60,452 nt of DNA from an uncultured Acidobacteriota bacterium (lineage in GTDB: Bacteria > Acidobacteriota > UBA6911). The notes under the pieces are model-generated. The model was given only the letters and a program-made list of their open reading frames with translations. It had not been told where the DNA came from and made no database searches. The stretch covers positions 1 to 60,452 of the forward strand of contig CAZTHE010000005.1 in NCBI GenBank assembly GCA_964613495.1, written 5' to 3'. A program made the translations under genes and the position numbers. Below, piece by piece: positions 36,293-43,959 of the stretch (position 1 is the stretch's first letter; every line of letters starts with the position of its first letter).

Positions 36293-38293
36293 ATGTATCC
36301 AAACCAAGACGCAATCATATCGCCGCTGCGCGCTTGGTATAGCGCCAGAATAGCAGATTTCATGCTTTGCCGCCCCGAATCCGTTCTTGGATGCCTTGCA
36401 GGGCATTCCGATTTTGCCTTGAATGAGAACCAGCGGGATGCCTGGATCGCGGAGATCAGGATTCTGCATGCCGAACTGAGGGGAATCGAGGGCCACCTAT
36501 TTCTCGAATTCAGTATTCCGCGCATGGGTCGACGCGCGGACGCGGTGCTAATTGTCAATCAGGCAATATTCGTCATTGAGTTCAAAATTGGACAAAGGCA
36601 CTTCGAGCGATCAGCCCTTAATCAGGTCTGGGATTACGCGTTGGACCTTAAAAACTTTCATCAGGGCAGTCATGATGCCGCCATCTTTCCCATATTGGCT
36701 ATTGATAAATCGAGAAGCGCTCAACCCACCGAGTTTTGTAGAGATCCCGATGGCGTATTCCATCCCATTCCGACTGTTTCGTCGAATCTGCGGACGGTTC
36801 TGTTTTCAGCCCTCAGAAACGCGAGCGGGCCTGCGCTGAATGCCGCCGAATGGGCCGGAGCACCCTACCATCCGACGCCTACTATAATTGAGGCCGCGCG
36901 AGCGCTTTACTCACAGCATTCTGTTGAAGCCATTGCGCGTTTCGATGCCGGCGCGAAGAACCTGCAAACTACCTCAGGCAGAATCGAGGAGTTGTCTCAT
37001 GAAGCCCGCAGTAGAAAACGCAAGTTGATCTGTTTTGTTACAGGCGTACCGGGCGCAGGAAAGACCCTGGTTGGATTGAACCTGGCTGCGAAAAGAGAGG
37101 ATTTGAGTTCATCGCATGCGGTTTTTCTTTCAGGGAATGGCCCGCTGGTTGCCGTGCTGCGGGAAGCGTTGACTCGTGACGAGTATCAGCGGCGGAAGAG
37201 CTTGGGAGAACGCACACGAAAGGGCGTGATCAAGGAGAGCGTAAAGAGCTTTATTCAAAATGTTCACCACTTTCGCGACGAGGGTTTGATCGATGACCGC
37301 GCGCCAAATGAGCATATCGTCATATTTGATGAGGCCCAGCGGGCGTGGAATTTGAAAAAGACAGCCGATTTCATGAACCGGAAAAAGCGGCGGCCGGGCT
37401 TTTCGCAGTCAGAGGCGGAGTTCCTTATTTCCTGTATGGACAGGCACAGCGACTGGGCCGTTATTGTCTGCCTGGTTGGGGGAGGTCAGGAAATCAATAC
37501 CGGCGAAGCCGGGATCGAAGAATGGGTAAGCGCTATTCACCGGAATTTTCCGGAGTGGCGCATGTTTATATCTGACAGGCTCACGGATTCTGAATATGCC
37601 GCCGGAAAGACGCTGGAGATTATCCAGAAACGCCCGTCCACGCACTTTGACAATTCGCTCCATCTTGCCGTTTCCATGCGTTCTTTCCGCGCAGAACATG
37701 TATCTCAATTCGTCAAAGCGCTGCTCGACTGCGAACAGTCTGAGGCCCGGAAGGTTTTCGAAATGATAGATGCGCGCTACCCCATCGCTGTTACGCGCAA
37801 CCTTGATTCTGCGAAGCAATGGATCCGAAGTCATGCCAGAGGTTCCGAAAGATATGGTCTTATGGCTTCATCCAAAGCCATGAGGCTGAAACCTCACGCC
37901 ATCGATATCAGGGTGAATGTCGATCCTGTTCACTATTTCCTGAACCAGCCGGAAGATCCGCGGTCGAGTTTTTATCTTGAAGATGCGGCTACGGAATTCC
38001 AGGTTCAAGGCTTGGAACTGGATTGGACGTGCGTCACCTGGGACGGCGATTTCCGGTTTAACGGATCCGGGTGGAATTTCCATGACTTTCGCGGCCATCG
38101 ATGGGTCAATATGGCCAATGCGGATAACAAGACCTATCTTCGCAACGCCTATCGGGTTCTTCTTACGCGCGCCCGGCAAGGCATGGTGATCTTTGTCCCA
38201 CCGGGAGACTCCCGGGATCCGACTCGCCCTCCCGGCTTTTATGGTCCCACTTTCAAATACCTGAGAGATTTGGGAATTCCTGAAATCGGATAA
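36293..38293 (+). CDS. DUF2075-type protein: PD-(D/E)XK nuclease-like N-terminus plus P-loop SF1-like helicase/ATPase
   Basis: RRADAVLIVNQAIFVIEFK (D...ExK), Walker A GVPGAGKT, Walker B VIFDEAQRAW, and C-terminal YRVLLTRARQGMVIFVP. AT-richer than the flanks. Confidence 0.8.
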   Translation: MYPNQDAIISPLRAWYSARIADFMLCRPESVLGCLAGHSDFALNENQRDAWIAEIRILHAELRGIEGHLFLEFSIPRMGRRADAVLIVNQAIFVIEFKIGQRHFERSALNQVWDYALDLKNFHQGSHDAAIFPILAIDKSRSAQPTEFCRDPDGVFHPIPTVSSNLRTVLFSALRNASGPALNAAEWAGAPYHPTPTIIEAARALYSQHSVEAIARFDAGAKNLQTTSGRIEELSHEARSRKRKLICFVTGVPGAGKTLVGLNLAAKREDLSSSHAVFLSGNGPLVAVLREALTRDEYQRRKSLGERTRKGVIKESVKSFIQNVHHFRDEGLIDDRAPNEHIVIFDEAQRAWNLKKTADFMNRKKRRPGFSQSEAEFLISCMDRHSDWAVIVCLVGGGQEINTGEAGIEEWVSAIHRNFPEWRMFISDRLTDSEYAAGKTLEIIQKRPSTHFDNSLHLAVSMRSFRAEHVSQFVKALLDCEQSEARKVFEMIDARYPIAVTRNLDSAKQWIRSHARGSERYGLMASSKAMRLKPHAIDIRVNVDPVHYFLNQPEDPRSSFYLEDAATEFQVQGLELDWTCVTWDGDFRFNGSGWNFHDFRGHRWVNMANADNKTYLRNAYRVLLTRARQGMVIFVPPGDSRDPTRPPGFYGPTFKYLRDLGIPEIG

Positions 38294-38341
38294 GATAAAC
38301 CGAGGGCGCAGGCGTCAAGCCAAAGGCGTCCGAATACTGTT

Positions 38342-40009
38342 TCAGGGGCTCCACCGGTCGATTCCTCGCTGATGGGCCGTAACCTCCACTGATTCCAGCA
38401 TCACATCGAATGTCTTTGACAAATCAAATGTCGGCCCGGCCGTGAAGCGAAGGGATTCCCTTTCGAATCTCTTCGGATACGCCCGGTGCAGGGCATCCCA
38501 GTAATCCAGGACGACGCTTCTCCTCTTCCTGAGGAGAGAATTGCTGGGGAGCCGGTCCGCCTTTGCACGGTTGGCGCTCGAGGCGGCGGGAAGCAGGTTC
38601 CAGAGATCGTTATTGCGCCAGAGCGAGAAGGGGAGCACGTGGTCCACTTCAAATGAGCGAGACAGCGGAACACCAGTCCATACGCATTCTTTGGACGGCA
38701 GATCCCGGTAAATGTTCCTGGCTTCCGTGACACTGCGGTCGAATGTGGGAATGCGCAGGAGCCGGTCGATGATCTGGCTTGGGCTGAGGGCTTGTCCTGA
38801 GATCTCGGACGTCAGTTCGCTCCAGCGAAGCAGAAGCGCGTCCTGGATCCAGTGACCGGAAAGGCATAGTTCCCGCCAAACGTCGGCGCCCATGAGCAGA
38901 CGCCGCGTACGGCGGTCATAGGTGAATATGTTACTGTTCGTGCTGGAAGAGCGGCCCGCATGCGTCACGGGGCCCTGGATGATGGTCGCGGTCAGCTTAC
39001 TGCAGACCCGATCCTGAAGCGATTTCTCCTCGGCATTGAGCGCGTCGTTTCTGACGGCAGCGGCGAAAGCGTCGAGCCCGCCGGTTCGCCGGAAGGAGTC
39101 AATCATCGTCTCGAGATCGCGGCGGAAGGCGATGGGCTTCCGGCTGCCGCGGATTTCGCCTCGGATCTGCGGGATGAACGCTTCAGCGTTATCCATCAGC
39201 GGCCAGTAGTAATAGATCCAACGTTCGGCGATCTCGCGCATCGGCACGCCCACCGTGCCGTCCGCATTCCATGTCGCCGCATGATAATTGGTCAGTGCGA
39301 TGTCGCATAGCGCCCGGAACAAGGCGAGCTTGTAGGTGGCTGTTTTCTTATCCCGGTTCAGTATTCCCTCGATCCGGTCGATGGGGCGCAGCACATCGTC
39401 CGATCGCAGGGCGAAAAGCAGCGTCGTCCAGCGGACGTTCCGGCCAAGAGTGTCCTGATTGTCCCATCGGCCGATACGCTGAAACCCGAGTCGCTCAAAG
39501 AGGAGTTCCACTGATTCCGGAACCAGTGGAGTGTAAAGGCGGCCCTTCTCGTCGCGGCCATCTTCACCCACGCCGGGCCGTTCTCCCGGGAAGGAGAGGA
39601 GCAATCGACCGCTGGGTTTAAGGAGGTTACGGAGGTCGAAGGCCGCGTCGAACTGTCTCTCCGCGGGAAGATGCTGAAATACGGCGGAGCAAAGAATGCC
39701 ATCAAATTTTCTTTGTATGTTCGCAGACAGGTCCGGGAGGGCGGCCGACCAGATGCGCTCGGACATTTCCGGGTGTTTCGACAGGTAGAGGGAGCGCATG
39801 CCGGCGCTCGGCTCAGTGCCGTAGATTGCGTACTCCTCTTTGACCAGAATATCGAGATCGCGTCCCGATCCGGAACCGACATCGAGAATTTGCGCTCCCG
39901 GAGGAAAAGCCAGCCGAAAATATTGCTCCACGCCGCCGCGGGCGGATTCGTAAAGACTGGAAACCTCCCCGGCGTTGTCGTCGTAATAGCGGATCGTGCG
40001 TTCGTCCAT
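38342..40009 (-). CDS. Fusion protein: class I SAM methyltransferase, unknown central domain, HNH nuclease
   Basis: Motif I ILDVGSGSGRD (39861-39900). Central KKTATYKLALFRALCDIA region. C-terminal EVDHVLPFSLWRNNDLWNLLPAASSANRAKADRLP. An alternative TTG start is at 40069. Confidence 0.75.
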   Translation of the reverse strand: MDERTIRYYDDNAGEVSSLYESARGGVEQYFRLAFPPGAQILDVGSGSGRDLDILVKEEYAIYGTEPSAGMRSLYLSKHPEMSERIWSAALPDLSANIQRKFDGILCSAVFQHLPAERQFDAAFDLRNLLKPSGRLLLSFPGERPGVGEDGRDEKGRLYTPLVPESVELLFERLGFQRIGRWDNQDTLGRNVRWTTLLFALRSDDVLRPIDRIEGILNRDKKTATYKLALFRALCDIALTNYHAATWNADGTVGVPMREIAERWIYYYWPLMDNAEAFIPQIRGEIRGSRKPIAFRRDLETMIDSFRRTGGLDAFAAAVRNDALNAEEKSLQDRVCSKLTATIIQGPVTHAGRSSSTNSNIFTYDRRTRRLLMGADVWRELCLSGHWIQDALLLRWSELTSEISGQALSPSQIIDRLLRIPTFDRSVTEARNIYRDLPSKECVWTGVPLSRSFEVDHVLPFSLWRNNDLWNLLPAASSANRAKADRLPSNSLLRKRRSVVLDYWDALHRAYPKRFERESLRFTAGPTFDLSKTFDVMLESVEVTAHQRGIDRWSP

Positions 40010-40082
40010 TGGGACCCGATTGTACTGCCTCCGGCCTGAGGCTCGCAAGCGGAGAGGAATTTCCGGCAAAGCAGGGGAAGCG

Positions 40083-41039
40083 TCAGATTTCCGATTCCAG
40101 TTTGTCGACCTCGTCCATAAGAAGCTGCTTTTCGCGCGGGCCGGGCATTTCGCCTTTGTGGATCATGTCGTTGCGCACCTGGCGGAGGGACTGCCAGACG
40201 GCCTTTCGCACCGGGGTGACCGGACCGTAGTTCGGGAGGGCGTCGATCACCTCCTCGAGCGAAACCTGCGCGCCCGCCTCCGGGAGGTGCAGCTGCGCCG
40301 CAAGCCTGCGGATCAATGTCTCGAAACAATGGCAGGCCACGAGGACGGCGATGTCCGGCTTCACCGCGGACAGCGCCTTCGCCAGCTTCGCGTCGGAAAG
40401 CTCCGCGAGCGGCGCCACCAGGTTGTTCGCCCGCAGCTGCAGCATGAAATTGTCCTCGCGGTACATCCTTAAAATCTCCGGGTTCCGGTACTGGCCGAAA
40501 CATTTCTCGTGCAGCACCCACAACGCCATGTCCGCGTCCGCCACGCGCGCAAAACCCGCGTGCCGCCGGATCTCGCGCAGGTTGCCGAGATAGGCCAGGT
40601 ACGTCTCCACCAGGTCGCGGCCGTGCCGGATGTCCAGCATGTGCTGGATCGGCGAGCTGAAAATCGCATAGTGCTCCGGACGGATGAACCTCAGGATGAT
40701 CGAGGTCAGCTCGATCGATTTGAATATGTGCAGCAGCTGGCGGACCGTCTCCGGTTCGTTGCTTTCCGGCAGATTCCAGAAATCGAACGTCGCCTGCGTG
40801 AGCGCCGGCTCGATCTTCTCCCTGGGCGGAAATACCCAGAAGCGCTTGAACCACCAGTGCTCGGGCGATTCGAAATATTCCAGGTCGGAATACCTCAAGG
40901 GCGTGCTGCGCCGCAACCCGCGGACCTTCTCCTCCACCGAGGCGAGGTCGAAGTCGGCGCCGTATTTCATCCTGCAGACCGCGGCGAAATCATTCAGACA
41001 TGATTGCAGGTAGTTCCCTGCCAGGCCGTCCGGCGGCAT
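40083..41039 (-). CDS. Hypothetical protein with a C-terminal HEPN-like R-x4-H motif
   Basis: SLRQVRNDMIHKGE, with the R codon at 40173-40175 and the H codon at 40158-40160. N-terminal approximately 200 aa unassigned. Upstream gene of the pair. Confidence 0.55.
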   Translation of the reverse strand: MPPDGLAGNYLQSCLNDFAAVCRMKYGADFDLASVEEKVRGLRRSTPLRYSDLEYFESPEHWWFKRFWVFPPREKIEPALTQATFDFWNLPESNEPETVRQLLHIFKSIELTSIILRFIRPEHYAIFSSPIQHMLDIRHGRDLVETYLAYLGNLREIRRHAGFARVADADMALWVLHEKCFGQYRNPEILRMYREDNFMLQLRANNLVAPLAELSDAKLAKALSAVKPDIAVLVACHCFETLIRRLAAQLHLPEAGAQVSLEEVIDALPNYGPVTPVRKAVWQSLRQVRNDMIHKGEMPGPREKQLLMDEVDKLESEI

Positions 41040-41101
41040 ACGCACCTCGATGATTCATTCATCGGCAATCGACCGCGAAATGTGACAATTCTAATGCCAA
41101 A

Positions 41102-41117
41102 TGACCCCGGATGTCAC
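41102..41117 (+). promoter_or_regulatory. Shared promoter/operator motif (copy 2, drives the Zn-ribbon/DUF2779 operon)
   Basis: Exact TGACCCCGGATGTCAC. GATAAA at 41126-41131, RBS GAGGAGG, ATG 41175. Confidence 0.55.
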
Positions 41118-41174
41118 CCCTGTGCGATAAAGTGGTTATCTGGGAGTGCCTAAAACTGCGAGAGGAGGATTTCC

Positions 41175-41408
41175 ATGAGTGAAAATGTCCACACGACCTG
41201 TAATTGGTGCGGTAAAGATATTGCCTACGGGAATGCCCAGGTCACAATTAACCGCAATATTGAACAGATGGACAGCACGGAGGAATATCCGGAGGGAGAG
41301 GTCACGGTAATTCAAAGCGACGTCCTGCTGGAACTGTGCGCCGAGTGCGGGAATAAACTCGACACCGAGACGATCACCAAAATATTGCTTGCCATAAAGC
41401 CGAAATAG
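41175..41408 (+). CDS. Small zinc-ribbon protein
   Basis: 77 aa with two CxxC pairs (CNWC and CAEC). Strong GAGGAGG RBS. Confidence 0.6.
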   Translation: MSENVHTTCNWCGKDIAYGNAQVTINRNIEQMDSTEEYPEGEVTVIQSDVLLELCAECGNKLDTETITKILLAIKPK

Positions 41409-41465
41409 TCGATGCTGGGGAGACAGGCAATCAAATATTCCGGTCCTGGCAGGGGACAGCCCAAA

Positions 41466-42935
41466 ATGCCTTATAAAAAGCATTTGCTGACGAAAAGCGC
41501 CTTCATCAACGCCCTCAATTGCGAGCGGTTTTTCTGGGTGTACCAGAACGAGCGGGAGCGGTTGCAGGAGCCCGATGAGGCCCAGCAGGCCCTCTTCGAT
41601 CAGGGACACAAGGTCGGCGACATGGCAAAAATGCTGTACCCCGACGGTATCGAGATCGACTGGGACGCCGGGCACGAGGCCGGCATCGCGCAGACCGCCG
41701 GTGTTCTCGGGCAGCGACGGCCCGTCTTCGAGGCCGGATTCCAGCACCGGCTGACCCATGCGCGCGCCGACATCCTCGCGCCTTCCTCCAACGGCAGATG
41801 GGACCTCATCGAGGTCAAGAGTTCCACCGGGGTCAAAGAAGAACACCTCGACGACGTGGCTTTTCAAAAGCACGTCTACAACGCCGCGGGCATCCGCATC
41901 GGCCGGTGCTTCGTGATGCATGTGGACAAGGGCTATGTGCGCAGGGGGGAACCGGATCCAAAGGCCCTGTTTGCGCGAACGGATGTTACGACCGAAATCA
42001 AGCCGCTGGCCGGCGATATGCCCGCGCGGATCAAAAGGCTGCTTTCCATAATGTCCAAGGCCAAAGCCCCGGCCCCCAACCTCGGGACCCATTGCGCCAA
42101 ATGCCCGCTCTACGACGAATGCTGGTTCTTTCTGCCCGAGCGCCACGTTTTTCAACTGAACCGCGCCCGGCAGAAGGCCTATCAACTTATGGAGGAGGAC
42201 ATCCTGGCCATCCGGGACATCCCGGATGACTATCCGCTGACGGCCAGGCAATCCATTCAAGTCGCATGCGAGAAGGCCGGGAAACCGCACGTTCAACCCC
42301 GGCAGATCCAGGCGTTTTTAGGCTTGCTGAAATACCCGCTTCATTTCCTCGACTTCGAGACTTTCATGGCGGCGATCCCCCCGTATGACGAATCGAGACC
42401 CTACGAACAGGTGCCGTTTCAATACTCGCTTCACGTCATCCCGGCCCCGGGGCGGCGGGCGACGCATTATTCGTACCTGTCCGACGGGAAAGCCGATCCG
42501 CGGCCGGAGGTCCTCTCCACGCTCAAAAAACGGCTCGGACGCACCGGCTCGATCGTCGCCTACAATGCCGCATTCGAAATGCGCGTGCTGCGATCGTGCG
42601 CCGGCCATTTCGACAAATATGCCGCCTGGTGCGAGTCGCTGATGCCCCGCTTCGCCGATCTGATGGCGCCCTTTCGCGATTTCCACTACTATCACCCCGA
42701 TCAGGAGGGAAGTGCATCGCTGAAAGCCGTCCTGCCGGCGATGACCGGGAAGTCCTACGATAATCTTGCGATATCCGACGGCGCGACCGCCGGCCTCAGG
42801 TTCTGCGAAATGGCATTCGGCGGCGCGGCGGAACCCGGGAAGAAGCAAATCCGCAGGGCCCTGGAAGCCTACTGCCGCCAGGACACCCAGGGCATGATCG
42901 ATATCCTCAAAAAGCTGCGAAACCTGGGCAAATAA
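41466..42935 (+). CDS. DUF2779 protein: Cas4-like Fe-S PD-(D/E)XK nuclease plus DEDD/RNase-H-like exonuclease domain
   Basis: C...CAKCPLYDEC cysteine set, RADIL...WDLIEVK nuclease motif, then HFLDFETF, AYNAAFE and CRQDTQGM exonuclease-like motifs. Confidence 0.8.
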   Translation: MPYKKHLLTKSAFINALNCERFFWVYQNERERLQEPDEAQQALFDQGHKVGDMAKMLYPDGIEIDWDAGHEAGIAQTAGVLGQRRPVFEAGFQHRLTHARADILAPSSNGRWDLIEVKSSTGVKEEHLDDVAFQKHVYNAAGIRIGRCFVMHVDKGYVRRGEPDPKALFARTDVTTEIKPLAGDMPARIKRLLSIMSKAKAPAPNLGTHCAKCPLYDECWFFLPERHVFQLNRARQKAYQLMEEDILAIRDIPDDYPLTARQSIQVACEKAGKPHVQPRQIQAFLGLLKYPLHFLDFETFMAAIPPYDESRPYEQVPFQYSLHVIPAPGRRATHYSYLSDGKADPRPEVLSTLKKRLGRTGSIVAYNAAFEMRVLRSCAGHFDKYAAWCESLMPRFADLMAPFRDFHYYHPDQEGSASLKAVLPAMTGKSYDNLAISDGATAGLRFCEMAFGGAAEPGKKQIRRALEAYCRQDTQGMIDILKKLRNLGK

Positions 42936-42967
42936 TTCCTGATATTTATAGAGCGGGCCTACGGCCC

Positions 42968-43051
42968 TCCTCCGTGTAATCCGTGCAATCCGTGGCTAAT
43001 AAAGGCTTTGCGCCTTCCGGCCCAGCCGCAAAATTCGTGCAATTCGTGGCC
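42968..43051 (+). repeat. Composite CGTG-box element (copy 2)
   Basis: CTCCTCCGTGTAATCCGTGCAATCCGTGGC, spacer, then AAAATTCGTGCAATTCGTGGCC. The 28-nt core is identical to copy 1. Confidence 0.85.
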
Positions 43052-43180
43052 ACAGTAGATTATGCCCTCCGGACTTCGGCAACGGCGTTCATGAATGTGG
43101 GTTCGAGGTCACACCGTGGGTGAGAAAGAGGACGCCGAATTAACATTTCGCCGGAATGGCATTATCGACAAGTAGTCTAT

Positions 43181-43567
43181 TCAAGGCGCAGAGGGACTTC
43201 CGGGCTTGCGGCTGATGCGGATGTGTCCGGGTTGCACGACAACAAAAGAGTCCGGGAGAGTGATTTTGTTCTCGCGGATAACCCGGACAACAGATTGAAC
43301 CATGGACTGACGGGAATTGCCAGGAAAACGAATAAGTATGACTCCCGCCGATTCAGCGCGGCTGACAAAAACCAGCCAGCCGAAATCCTTGTCTTCCGTC
43401 AGCAAAATGCGCTTTTCTACATGGGCAAGGTTTATCAAGGTTCGGTCATCAGAGCGGGGCATAGCTTCGCTGACGGCCACGACATCGCAACCCTCGGCTC
43501 GCAAAGCCCGTACAACGGCAAAATCGCAGCTTTCATCGGCCAGGAAACGCAGAGAGGCGGGCATCAT
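43181..43567 (-). CDS. DUF5615-family PIN-like toxin
   Basis: LRFLADESCDFAVVRALRAEGCDVV ... LLTEDKDFG. Overlaps the upstream DUF433 gene. Confidence 0.8.
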   Translation of the reverse strand: MMPASLRFLADESCDFAVVRALRAEGCDVVAVSEAMPRSDDRTLINLAHVEKRILLTEDKDFGWLVFVSRAESAGVILIRFPGNSRQSMVQSVVRVIRENKITLPDSFVVVQPGHIRISRKPGSPSAP

Positions 43568-43791
43568 GCGGTGTGGAACACGATAGTTTCGTGGGCGAGA
43601 GAATCGGCGGCAAAGGCCAGAGCTGCCTGGATGTCGGCGGCTGTAAGGTTTGGATAAGCATCCAGCAGGTCGGCTTCCGTGGCGCCCTCACTCAATTTAC
43701 GCAGAATGAGTTCGACTGGGATGCGGGTCCCGCGTATAACGGGTTTCCCGAGCATTACCTCCGGATTAACCTCCACTCTATCATTCACCAT
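43564..43791 (-). CDS. DUF433-family antitoxin
   Basis: Start at MVNDRVEVNPEVMLGKPVIRGTRIPVELIL, the DUF433 signature. Confidence 0.8.
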   Translation of the reverse strand: MVNDRVEVNPEVMLGKPVIRGTRIPVELILRKLSEGATEADLLDAYPNLTAADIQAALAFAADSLAHETIVFHTA

Positions 43792-43908
43792 AGGCTCAAC
43801 TCCAGAATGGAAACACTCCATGAATTATAATGCGAAATTAATGTCCCGCAAACGGTTATCGTGGTTGAAGGGAATTCCGGGAACCGACGAAAAAACTTCA
43901 GGGTGAAT

Positions 43909-43924
43909 TGACCCCGGATGTCAC
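43909..43924 (+). promoter_or_regulatory. Shared promoter/operator motif (copy 3, drives the TPR genes)
   Basis: Exact TGACCCCGGATGTCAC preceded by T (TTGACC). GTTTAT at 43932-43937, RBS GGGAGG, ATG 43960. Confidence 0.55.
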
Positions 43925-43959
43925 GCCTCCCGTTTATCCTGCGCGCATGGGAGGCGGAC

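Noticed and set aside
38294-38341. GGCGTC ... GGCGTC between the convergent DUF2075 and MTase-HNH genes, as a possible terminator hairpin
   Set aside because: The two hexamers are direct repeats, not inverted, so no stem can form.
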